A stretch of 64,000 nucleotides of DNA from the human T2T-CHM13v2.0 reference genome, Homo sapiens, in the NCBI RefSeq assembly GCF_009914755.1, contig NC_060926.1; one strand, given 5' to 3'. Under the pieces are notes generated by a model. It searched no databases. It saw nothing but the letters and a program-made list of their open reading frames with translations, and had not been told where the DNA came from. The first letter of the stretch is position 1. Every line of letters begins with the position of its first letter. Shown here in pieces: positions 53,632 to 64,000 of this stretch. A program made the translations under genes and the position numbers.

Positions 53632-53929
53632 GGCCATAGGCGGTGGCTCACACCTGTAATTCCAGCACTTTGGGAGGCCAAGGCAGGTGGATCACTTGAG
53701 GCCAGGAGTTCGAGTCCAGCCTGGCCAACAAGGCAAAACCCCATCTCCAGTAAAAGTACAAAAATTAGCCGGGCACGGTGGTGCACACCTGAAATCCCAG
53801 CTACTTGGAAGGCTGAGGCAGAGAATCACTTGAACCTGGGAGGCAGAGGCTTCAGGGAGTTGAGATCACACCACTGCACTCCAGCTCAGGCGACAGAGTA
53901 AGACTCCATCTCAAACAAACCAAAAAAAA
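53632..53929 (+). mobile_element. Alu (AluSz-like), full length, within an old L1ME fragment
   Basis: ggcc..gcggtggctcacacctgtaattccagcactttgggagg..ggatcacttgaggccaggagttcgag..gactccatctcaaa. Confidence 0.92.
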
Positions 53930-54057
53930 CTGTATATACTATATATACTATTATATATATATAGTATATACAGTTTTTTATATGTATAGTATATACAGTT
54001 TATATATATATATATTATATAGTATATAGATATAGATAGATAGTATATATAGTACAT
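53924..54057. repeat. AT-rich low-complexity tract with a perfect 24-bp inverted repeat
   Basis: Arms at 53924-53947 and 53956-53979, 8-nt spacer. Confidence 0.9.
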
Positions 54058-54133
54058 AAACATCTTTACATAAATGGAATCATAACTGGAGGGCTATATA
54101 CAATAACAGTCATTATCTTGGCTTGTATCTCCC

Positions 54134-54562
54134 TGTGTTTTGCCATTCTCGCATTGCTATAAAGGAATGCGTGAGACTGGGTAATTAATAAGAAAATAGG
54201 TTTAATTGGCTCACGGTTCTGCAGGCTGTACAGGAATCTGCTTCTGATGAGGCATCTGCTTCTGCTGAGGGCCTCAGGAAACTTACAATCATAGCGGAAG
54301 CCAATGGGGAACCAGTGTATCACATGGTGAGAGCAGGAGCAAGAGAGAGAGATGGAGAAAGTGCCACACGCTTTTAAACAAACAGATTTCTAGTGACTAA
54401 CTGAGTGAGAACCCACTCATTACCAAGGGAATGGCACTAAGCTATTCATAAGGGATCTGCCCCCATGATACAATACCTTCCATTAGGCCCCACCACCAAC
54501 ATTGGAAGTCACATATCAAATAAGATTTGGAGATTTGGAGGGGACAAATCCAAACCGTATCA
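54134..54562 (-). mobile_element. MSTA/MSTB MaLR LTR
   Basis: cattctcgcattgctataaaggaa..ggctcacggttctgcaggctgtacagga..tccaaaccgtatca; TSD (c/t)tccc. Confidence 0.88.
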
Positions 54563-55085
54563 TTCCCCAGCCCCCACGCCTGTGTCATGCCAGGATTCCA
54601 GGGTCATACAAAGCAATATCTTTCATATGGTCCCTCCAAATTTTGGTCTACTCTGGTTATTACATTATCCAAAAGACACAGGAATCATCATATCATCTTT
54701 GGGCATGGGAGTCTTCACAGACAATCCCAGTGACCAAAGTGCATTCTTGGGTACAAGAGACATTTTACCCATTCCTTAGGCCTTGTCCTTGCCTAACGAA
54801 AAGGTAAAGGTATGGACAAAGTCCCACCCTTTAGAACCTGTTTCTGATCCAAAATCACCTCCCAATATGTCTCGCCCAAAGCTTCTGCCTATTTTTCCCA
54901 ACCTACCGTGCCCTCACCCCCAAGGAATAATCCCATCAAGTTGCTAGAGCTTTTAGAAAGGGAGGTTAGGGGCAGACAATTTCTGCTTTGTCTTTACAGT
55001 ATGAAGCTGGGTGTCTTCCTGGAATGGGAGAAGGTAACAGAATAACAACAGAACACAAATTAATATCTCTATAAATTATCCTGCT

Positions 55086-55127
55086 ATAGATGAATAGATA
55101 AATGGACAGATTAGACTGATGGAAGAT

Positions 55128-55168
<41 letters not shown>

Positions 55169-55185
55169 GGACAGATAGATAATAT
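55086..55185. repeat. GATA tetranucleotide array, perfect (TAGA)10 at 55128-55167
   Basis: Direct reading. Confidence 0.95.
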
Positions 55186-55589
55186 AGAGTATTAGTCAGG
55201 ATTCTTTAGAGAAAGAGAACCAACAGGATGTGTAGAGACAGATATAAAGAGGCTTATTTTAAGGAATTGGTTCACACAATTGTGGTAAGTCCAAAATCTT
55301 CAGGGTGGATCAGCAGGCTAGAGACCCAAGAAGAGCTTCTGTTTGCATCTAAAGGTGGTCTGCTAGCAGAATTCCTTCTTCTTCCAGAAAGGTCTTTGTT
55401 CTATTAAGGCCTTCAACTAATTGGATGAGGCCCACCTACATTATAAAGAGTAATCTGCTTTATTGAAACTCACAGATTTAAATGTTAATCTCATCCAAAA
55501 ACCATCTTCACAGAAATATCTAGAATAATGTTTCACCAAAAATCTGTGCACCATGGCCCAGTCGAGTCGACATAAAATTAACCATCACA
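55186..55589 (-). mobile_element. MLT2D-type LTR
   Basis: gtattagtcaggattctttagagaaagagaaccaacagga..gcaccatggcccagtcgagtcgacataaaattaaccatcaca. Confidence 0.85.
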
Positions 55590-55669
55590 GATAGGTAGGT
55601 AGGTGGAAAGATATATGTTAGATGGATGGGTGGGTGGATAGATGGATGGATAGATGATGATTGATAGAG

Positions 55670-55727
<58 letters not shown>

Positions 55728-55780
55728 CAGACAGACAATATAGCTATAGAAATACATGAGAGACAGATAGAGATGATAGA
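55590..55780. repeat. Compound GGTA/GATG/GATA/GACA STR, perfect (GATA)14(GACA)3 at 55670-55737
   Basis: Direct reading. Confidence 0.95.
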
Positions 55781-55894
55781 GACATGGTTTCTGGAAAGAT
55801 TCATTCCCACACTGAATACTCTGGGGGAGAATTGGGAATATATTTCTTAATCATTCAAATTTTTTATAGTGAAAATGTACTGATAAATTATTTG

Positions 55895-55897
<3 letters not shown>

Positions 55898-55927
<30 letters not shown>
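55898..55927. repeat. (TG)15 microsatellite
   Basis: Direct reading. Confidence 0.95.
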
Positions 55928-55928
<1 letters not shown>

Positions 55929-56299
55929 ACGTATGTTTAAAGGACAAGGATTCTGGAGGGAAGAAAGGGAAAAGAATGCTATTTATTCCTTCAAACTGCT
56001 GGCAAAGGAGCTCTGTTGTCCTCTGCTCCTTTGTAATAGGAGGTTAGTGTTACAGTCACCTATCAGATGCCAGGCACGTGCTAGGCACCGGGTGTGGGGA
56101 AGTGAACAAAAGGGAAGAGCTAAACTCCTGGAACATACATTCATATTGTTTAATTCTAAAACAGCTCCATGAGGTAGATAGCAATGCCTCATTTTTGCAG
56201 ATGAGAACACTTTCATAGATGAGGTGTTGTTAAGAAAACATCCCTAGCCCACACATTTTCCCCCAGAGCCTTAGTCTGTTGGTCCCCAAATCTCATGCT

Positions 56300-56800
56300 C
56301 TGCTTAGGACAAACACTGGACTCTCTCTGCAAAGGGCATCTGTGTCTCTTAGAAATTAGCACGACAAGCATGTTGCAGCTTTTTCAAAGAGACTTCAATT
56401 TTCCTCCTGCAGCCCAGATAAACTTTCCACTGCCTGTGGACCCTGGCCATGGCTGGCAGCCGGCTCCAGCACAGGCGTGCCAAACACAAATAAAGTTCGA
56501 AGGACAAACTCAGCCAGAAAGCATCAGACCTTTCCATCCAGCATCCAGACTTATTATTTCTTATTATTTCTCAAGAGCATCCACTGCTCTTTTAAAAACA
56601 AGAGCCCTATTTTGTGAGCTGCTCAATGGTCTATTTTAAACTCATGGCTGTGTTTGTTTACGTTCAATCCTAGGCCTTGGCCTTTGCAATAAACCGCCAC
56701 TGGCATCATGCAAAAAGCTAGTGGAGACTGCCATATCACTGTTTACAGCCTTCTCACTTCAAGAAAGGGGTGGAAATCAAATATTTGCAATTGTCCAAAT
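56300..56800. promoter_or_regulatory. Putative enhancer-like unique block with forkhead sites
   Basis: TGTTTGTTTAC at 56651-56661, TGTTTAC at 56740-56746, aattagc and caaataaa motifs; repeat-free. Confidence 0.35.
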
Positions 56801-56934
56801 TCTGAGAGGGCTCTAGAAAGGAAAAACAGTGCTAAGCTGACAAGTCTAAGAATTTCTGGGGCAGGAGTGAGTAGTATCTAGGGCTTGAAATGGAAAAGAG
56901 TGAATTCTTCTACACTGAGGGAAATAATCAACAT

Positions 56935-57085
56935 GTTCATATATTCAGCAAATACTCATTGAGCACCCACTGTGTGCCAGGCACTGTTCTAATCACTTGA
57001 ACACAGCAATGAACAAAACAAAGAAGCTGCCCGTAGGGAACTTACATTCCAGTGAGGGAAAGCAGACAATAAACAATAATTAATA
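56935..57085 (-). mobile_element. L2 3' end fragment
   Basis: attcagcaaatactcattgagcacccactgtgtgccaggcactgttcta..gaacaaaac..cttacattccagtgaggg. Confidence 0.8.
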
Positions 57086-57561
57086 ATATGTTATATATTA
57101 TGTTTGTAATAGATTAAAAATAATAATAATTAATACATTAGAGAAACTTCAGATGTTTCTCATAGAAGTTCAAGACGTTTCCTAAAGAGAAGGCCAGATC
57201 CTAATGTGACATTAGCCAATCATTTCAGAATTGTGACAGCTGAACTGTGAGCACTGTTGGTGTGATTTTTGTCACCTCTTCAACCCTCCTCATCAATTTG
57301 GCCCATATGTCTGCTCACCAAGGTGGGGCTCCAGCATAACAGGGAAGGAGGCCAGACTGATTCTCCATGGCCTCCAGACCTCCCCCCACAGCATGCCCTC
57401 CCTTTCCTGGAGACAAGAAGGCTTCGGTCTCCACACTGACATCAGCAAGACCTTCCCTCTTCTGCCCTCCAACCCCTCAGGTCAGAGAGAAAACAAGGTG
57501 ATACCAACACAGTTGAACACCGAATGGGCTCTGGTTTGCATCCCACAAGTATTTTCTTTTT

Positions 57562-59629
57562 TTTTTTCTCTTACTATTTTTAATCGACACATAATAATTG
57601 AACATATTTATGGGGTACAGTGTGATATTTCTATACTATACATACATAATATGTAAGGATTGAATCAGGGTAATTGGCATATCTATCACCTCAATCATTT
57701 GTCATTTAATTATTTGATTTGTGTTGGTAACATTCAAAATCTGCTCTTCTAGCCATTTGAAAATACATAATAAGTTGTCCATTATTGTCACCCAACAGTG
57801 CTCTAAAACACTACAACTTATTCCTAATATCTAGGTATAATTTTGTTTCTGTTAACCAACTTCTGGCTGGTCCCCCTGCCCCACTCACCCTTTCCAGCCT
57901 CTAGTAACCACTATACTACTCCATACTTCCATGAGATTAACTTTTTAAGCTTCTGCACAAAAGTGAAAACATGCAGTATTTCTCTTTGTGTGCCTGGCTT
58001 ATTTTACTTAGCATAATGTCCTCCAAGCTTATCCGCATTGCCATGAATGACAAAATTTTGTTATTTTTATGGCTAAATACTATTCCACTGTGAGTATATA
58101 CAATATTTTCTTTATCCATTCATCTTTTATGGACACTTGGGTTGATTCCATGTCTTGGCTACTGTGAATAGTGCTGCAATAAACATGAGAGTGCAGATAT
58201 CACATCAATATACTAATATCCTTTCTTTTTGGTATATATTTAGCAGTGGGATTGCTGGATCATATGGTAGTTCTATGTTTAGCTTTTTGAGGAACCCCAT
58301 ACTGTTTTCCATAATGGCTGTACTAATTTACATTCGTACCAACAGTGTTCCCCTTTCTCCACATTCTTGCCAGCACTTGTTATTTTTTGTCTTTTTGATA
58401 ATAACCATTCTAACTAGAATGAGATGATTTCCCATTGTGGTTTTGATTTGCATTTCCCTGATGATTAGTGATATTGAGCATTTTTATATGCCTGTTGGCC
58501 ATCTGTATGTTTTCTTTTAAGAGATGTCTATTCTGCTCATTTGCTCATTTTCTAATCAGATTATTTGGTTTTTGCTGTTCAGTTGTTTGAGATCCTTGTA
58601 TATTCTGAATATTAATCCCTTATTGGATGAATAGTTTGAAAATATTTTCTCCCATTCTGTGAATTGTCTTTTCACTCTGTTGATTGCTTCCTTTGCTGTG
58701 CAGAAGTTTTTAGTTTAAAATAATCCCATGTGTCTATATTTGGTTTCATTGCCTGTGCTTTTGAGGTCTTCTCCATAAAATCTTTGCCCAAATCAATATC
58801 CTAAACTGTTTCCCATGTATGTTTTCTTCTACTAGTTTTATAGTTTTGGGTCGTACATATAAGTATTGAATCCATTTTGAGTTGATTTTTATATCTGGTG
58901 AGACATAGGGGTCTTGTTTTATTCTTCTACATGTGGATATCCAGTTTCCTAGCATCATTTATTGAAGAAATTGTCCTTTCCTCAATGAATGTTCTTGGTG
59001 CCTTTGTTGAAAATCAGTTAACTGTAAACATGTGGGTTTATTTCTGGGTTCTCTAATCTATTCCAATGGTCTATATGTTTGTTTGTATGTCAGTACTATG
59101 CCATTTTGGTTACTATAGCTTTGTAGGATATTTTGAAGTCAGGTAGTGTGATGCCTCCAGCTTTGTTCTTTTTGCTCAGGATTGTTTTGGCTATTTGGGG
59201 TCTTTTGTGGTTTCATATAAATTTTAGGATTTTTTTTCTGTGAAGAATATTATTAAAATTTTGATAGAAATTGCATTGAATCTGTAGGTTGCTTTTTGTG
59301 GTATGATCATTTTCACAATATTAATTCTTCCAATCCATGAACATGGAATGTCTTTCTGTTTTTGTGTATCTTCCTCAATTTTTCATCTATGTTTTACAGT
59401 TTTTCTTGCAGAGATCTTTCACCTCCTTGGTTAAGTTTATTCCTAGATATTTTTATAGCCTACTATAAATTTCTGCTAGTTCACGGTTGGAATATAGAAA
59501 TGCTACTGATTGCTGTCTGTTGATTTTGTATCCTGCAACTTTACTGAATTCATTTATTAGTACTTAGTATTTTGGTGGAGCTTTTAGGGTTTTCTGTATA
59601 TAAGATCATGTCATCTGCAAACAAGGACA
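57562..59629 (-). mobile_element. 5'-truncated L1MA (L1MA4/5-like), about 2.1 kb, with a 15-bp TSD
   Basis: 3' end acataataattgaacatatttatggggtacagtgtgatattt; TSD aagtattt(t/g)cttttt at 57547-57561 and 59630-59644, followed by AA. Confidence 0.9.
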
Positions 59630-62169
59630 AAGTATTTGCTTTTTAAATGACAATTCCCCTCTCCTCTTCCTCGCAGGGACAATGCCTAACCAAAAGCCTA
59701 TCCTTGATGAAGAAATTTCAGACTCTGTGAAACCTAAATAAGCAAGCTAGTTTTAGGCCAAGAGGCCTTCTGGGTACTTTCTTGGAATCATATAAATCTT
59801 TATCTCTGCCCCCTAAGTCTGCCGTTCATTCTCCCCTTGCATCCTTCACTTGCCAAATTTCAGAAACAATTCTTTTTTTTTCTAAGGACCAGTAGTTACT
59901 ATATAAAATCACATCAGAAAACCTGCATATTTGAGCAAGACGTTTGTTCAGAAGGCCTTTGAGTGCCCTTTGGGAGAGGGGATCCAGTACAGATTGATCC
60001 CATGGTCTATATAGAGGCACACACACTGCAGTGATGTTTTTGACAAGACCCATGGTTGATTTGCCAGTTCATTAATGAATGAACCTAGAGTTGCACATTA
60101 CTTTAGCCCGAGAGAAAGCATATGATTATGGCATTTGTGGTGTAAAATGCTATAATTAAAGATGCAAAACACAGTTTATTACACACCCATTTTCAGTGCT
60201 TGGAACTTTCTGAAACAGTCTCCTTTTTAGAAGCACTGTTTGCAGGTAATAAGCCTCAGGAGGTTTTCTTCCACCCTGGGCATACAAAAGATGTAAAAGA
60301 GCAGGGCTGGGGCGAAGAAAGGGGCTTCCAAATTGTTATAGTGAAAGAAGAAAATGAGGCCTACCTTGTCCAGTGAAAAAGTGAAAGAAGGATGCTTACC
60401 TCTCTCAGAATTGAGCCCCAGATAGCTGGATCTCAAGGGTTAGGACAAAGTGCTGTTTTGCATTCAGAAGGTGGCATTTGGAAATTATATCATAGATCTG
60501 AAAGACTGCATTTCAACAGTAGATCATTGTAATATAGAGTCTGTCCTCTTATACTAAGTTCACAGCGGTTTCTTCTGAGCCATTAAAAAATAAATAACTG
60601 TAATCATAACAAAGACAAAAACACCATCATAGATGTATAGCATACGTTCCCTGCCAACAGCACCAAGAAAATTGCCTGGCTGCACCTGACACCTCTGAGT
60701 TAGAGCAGGTAAAAGAAATGGTCCTGATTTTCCAGGTGGGGAAAGGAAGGTAATGAGGCACAGAGAGGTTAGGCAAGCTGCCAAGGGAGAGGCAGGTCAG
60801 CAGCCAAATCAGGACAAAAACTAGCATTCCTGATTCCCTATTCAGTGCTCATACTCCTCAGACTGCACTGTCTCAGAAATGTCAAACACATTATGCGGGA
60901 ATATTGGGAGTCTGTGTTGAGGCAGAAAAGACTTGATTTCCAGTTAATAAAATTATCAGTACATACACCACATAAAAATGCCCTGCCTAGCAGACTGCAC
61001 ACCTCAGAGAAGACCCTGGGAGCCCAGACACCCCCAAGCAGCACACCCTTGTAAATGCTGGTTAATAGCGAAGCTGTGAGATGTTGCTCCCCCAGCCTAC
61101 CCGCCCCTTCAGGACACATGATTAATTGTAAACCTGGAAGAACATCCACATATGCAGAGTGGAGGGAGTAGGGACAGTCACACTGGAAGCTCCTACCTAA
61201 GTAGTAACTTTTTTGCCCTTTTCTTGATCCAAAAAATATAAATGTGTGGAGGATGTTAGATAGAGAATTTCTCATCTTAGCTGCAAATGCACATGCAGAC
61301 AATAAGACTGCAAATTCCAACCAAGCCAGGCTAGGAACCCCTCACTATAAACATCCAGGCCCTTTGGCCCTTCTCGGGAAGGCATTCTAAAGGATACTTG
61401 GATCTGGGCCATGTGTGTACAAATTGTTTGCATACATGTACACACACTGCGCAGAGTATAATTTTCTGTAACTTTTTATGAAGATATGTGCTACACTGAA
61501 CAACTACGATAAACCGATTTCATAAAATTATAAAATGATCTTTATATATTCCTTGGAAGACGATTAGTCAACATCTGTGATTTGCGCTGGTCTGGAAAAG
61601 CATCTTTTCAGACCTCCAAAGAGAGATGTGCTAGAACCCTCCTCAGTCACCTCTAGGAGAGCTTAACAACTTTGTCACTAGAAAGTTCTTCCTTAAGCTT
61701 ACACCCATTAAACTGTGGCTTAAACCAGCTCCCTCTATCCTATCAGAATCAGTATCACATTTGCTTTCTTTTGGCAAATTCCAATTTTTCTTTTCAGTAC
61801 TGGTAGTAACCAAGGACTTCTTGGCAATAAGAAGACAGCATGCAGACTTATTTGAAAACAAATAGAAATCATGAATGAGGATCTTTTACTACAATCTAGA
61901 CTTAATGTTTCTAGCTGAAGTTGAGAGTAAGAGTGTAAGTTACCCAGTCTATACCTGAATTGACTGAGAAAACTTTGGTTATTTCTACCTAACATGACCA
62001 GTTTAAACTTTAATAGTAGTCATGGAGTTTTGGCCATTCTATCATAGCACAGATTAGCATTTCTGGTGTACACGTGGGTAAAACTGAAAACCCTAAAGTT
62101 GAAGATTCAATTAACTTTGCTAAGGCCACTAAAACGACCAGTGTGTCCCTCATATGTCCTTTTCAGAGG

Positions 62170-62430
62170 GAATGCCAGATCTTGGCTTTTGATCCTAGCA
62201 TAAACACTAATTTGCTGTGCAACCCTGGGAAAATCACTTGATCTCTCTGAACTTCCACTCTTTTTCACTTTTGAAGTGAGGGTAGCAGAATAGATTATCT
62301 TAAAGAGGACTAAGATGTCTAAGAGTCTGTCTAATAATGTTATGATGATGATGAATTGAGACAAAGCTTGTGAACTGCTTAGCTCATTGTCTAGTACACA
62401 GTAAGCACTCAATAAATGTTCACTGTCATT
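62170..62430 (+). mobile_element. MIR SINE
   Basis: actaatttgctgtgcaaccctgggaaaatcacttgatctctctgaac..tacacagtaagcactcaataaatgtt. Confidence 0.7.
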
Positions 62431-62774
62431 ATCAGTTTGTTATTATATATGCACACTCTGGGCTCACCAACTTGAAATAGAACTTTCGGTCCTATTCCAT
62501 TGTCCTGTAAGGATGTTACCCTTGAGCTCCAAGATCAAGCAATAGGTAAGTTTACAATAGTTGTAGAAAACTCTATCTTTAACCATAAGTCTGTGAAACT
62601 TCAGAATCATGGGAGTGGCATATAATAAAGCATAAAAAGGCCCCATGAAGTCATTAATTTAGTCTGTTCCTTTGTGATTGGGCAACAATGACTCAAATTA
62701 GACCAGTTCTGTGTCTTCATTACTTGATCGCAAAGTGTGTCAAAGACCTACCCTGGGTCCTGCCTAAATACTAC

Positions 62775-63185
62775 TGTATGTGGTTTATATCATTCCTTAT
62801 GACCACCTGACACTTTCCTTCTCCTGTGCACATAGGAAGACCATATGTCCCCATCCCCCTTGCAGTTGGGTTAGGGCCATGTGGCTTAGTTCTGGCCATT
62901 AGAGTTTAGCAGTGGTGATATACCCATTTTCAGACCTAATCCTTAAGAGCATCCATGAGACATTCCATCCCTCTTTTTCCCTTAGTTGCAACTGTGGAAG
63001 CCACATGCGGAAACAACGAAGTGATAAGATGGAAGCTACCTGGATCCCACACAGAACAGCGCTGCCTTGAAATGCTGCCCAACCCACACCGAACTTGACA
63101 AAAGCAAGAAATAAAGCTTCACAGTATCATGCCACAGGTGTGTCAGGGTTTGCTTCTGCAGTGTAACTTATATCCTAATTAGTAA
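62775..63185 (+). mobile_element. MLT1H/J-type LTR
   Basis: cccttgcagttgggttagggccatgtggcttagttctggcca..gcaagaaataaagcttc..ctgcagtgtaactta. Confidence 0.7.
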
Positions 63186-63236
63186 GAAATCTGGCTCTTC
63201 AACATATTAAGGGAATGGACATTTATTAAGTGCCTA

Positions 63237-63490
63237 CAGTGTTTGTCAAACTGTGATGCAACCCATTCCTTGGTCATAAAATCAATGTAGTGGGTTGCAA
63301 TCACCATATCCAATGAAAAAACACAATATAATAGAAACTATCAGGGAGCATTTTTAGACTATAGGTTAAAATTGTTTTATGAAATGTTTGTTTTCATTTT
63401 ACAAGTGCACGTATGTAGTTGTTTGTGCCGGCTCATGATGTAAACTGTATTTCTTACTGTGGTTCATGGTCAAAAATGTGAGAGTCTCTC
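63237..63490. mobile_element. hAT-Charlie-type DNA transposon remnant
   Basis: cagtgtttgtcaaactgtgatgcaacccatt..aaatcaatgtagtgggttgcaa..cttactgtggttcatggtcaaaaatgtgag. Confidence 0.6.
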
Positions 63491-63630
63491 AAAGCAATTT
63501 TATAAGGTTGGTATTATCTCCACTTCATAGCTAAGGGCACCACCATTCAGAAAGGAACAAGTGATTTTTCAAAGTCACACAGTTACTAAATTGTGGCACT
63601 GGCATTTAAGCCAAGCTCATGTGCTGCTTC
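63490..63630 (-). mobile_element. MIR SINE fragment
   Basis: ggtattatctccactt..cagaaaggaacaagtgatttttcaaagtcacacagttactaa. Confidence 0.6.
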
Positions 63631-64000
63631 TTCATCACAGCTGGTGCAACCAGCAGCCTCTGGCCCAAAACCACATCAGCCAGCTTCCTCCTGGGTCTCC
63701 TGAATGTGCAACCTCCAACTTTACCTGGCCCTTTGCACATTTTTAGGAGCCATTTGTGAGCATTTCAATAGCTTCTATTTGCAAATATTTTAAACAGGTA
63801 GTATTTTAAAACACACGCCTAGCTATAAAATAGATCAGTTTATATTTGATTTCTCCCAAGTGGTACCTTGAATACCACAGAAGGAAAACCCAGGTTACTT
63901 AGGAGAAATGTTGGCTGATGCCAGGCCAATGATGGCAAAAGGGGGTCTGATATTTATAAATCACAAGCATAAGACAGAAAAAAGAGAAACCATCCATTCT

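Noticed and set aside
60838-61320. 160-aa minus-strand ORF
   Set aside because: Non-ATG start, no homology recognised, composition typical of random sequence.
61412-61446. 10-bp inverted repeat tgtgtgtaca/tgtacacaca
   Set aside because: Low-complexity arms, too short for a pre-miRNA; expected by chance.

Overview
Primate (hominid, given an L1PA2 insertion; most likely human) non-coding DNA. No convincing protein-coding exon, CRISPR array or operon-like system is present, and the supplied ORFs are almost all L1, Alu or LTR remnants or chance ORFs. Roughly half of the window is interspersed repeat. There is an L1 stack at 1-11.5 kb with a disrupted full-length L1PA7-type element carrying two younger nested L1 inserts, and a second TE pile-up at 34.6-49.4 kb (old L1M, L1PA5/8, Alus, an HSMAR2 mariner 5' half, MLT2, THE1). 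MIR, L2, MLT1 and MST copies are scattered throughout. Several repeat-free, motif-dense blocks look like conserved developmental enhancers, the strongest at about 18.0-18.65 kb. The most distinctive observations are: (1) a 35-bp insertion between perfect 17-bp target-site duplications that reads as a pre-tRNA-Arg(ACG) 5' leader plus 5' fragment, i.e. a tailless retropseudogene (14120-14188); (2) evidence for gene conversion between two neighbouring L1s of different subfamilies; (3) several fossil templated-insertion or hairpin scars; (4) a twin-primed L1 nested in an L1 3' UTR. Repeat subfamily calls come from remembered consensus features, not from a RepeatMasker run, and boundaries of old elements are approximate.
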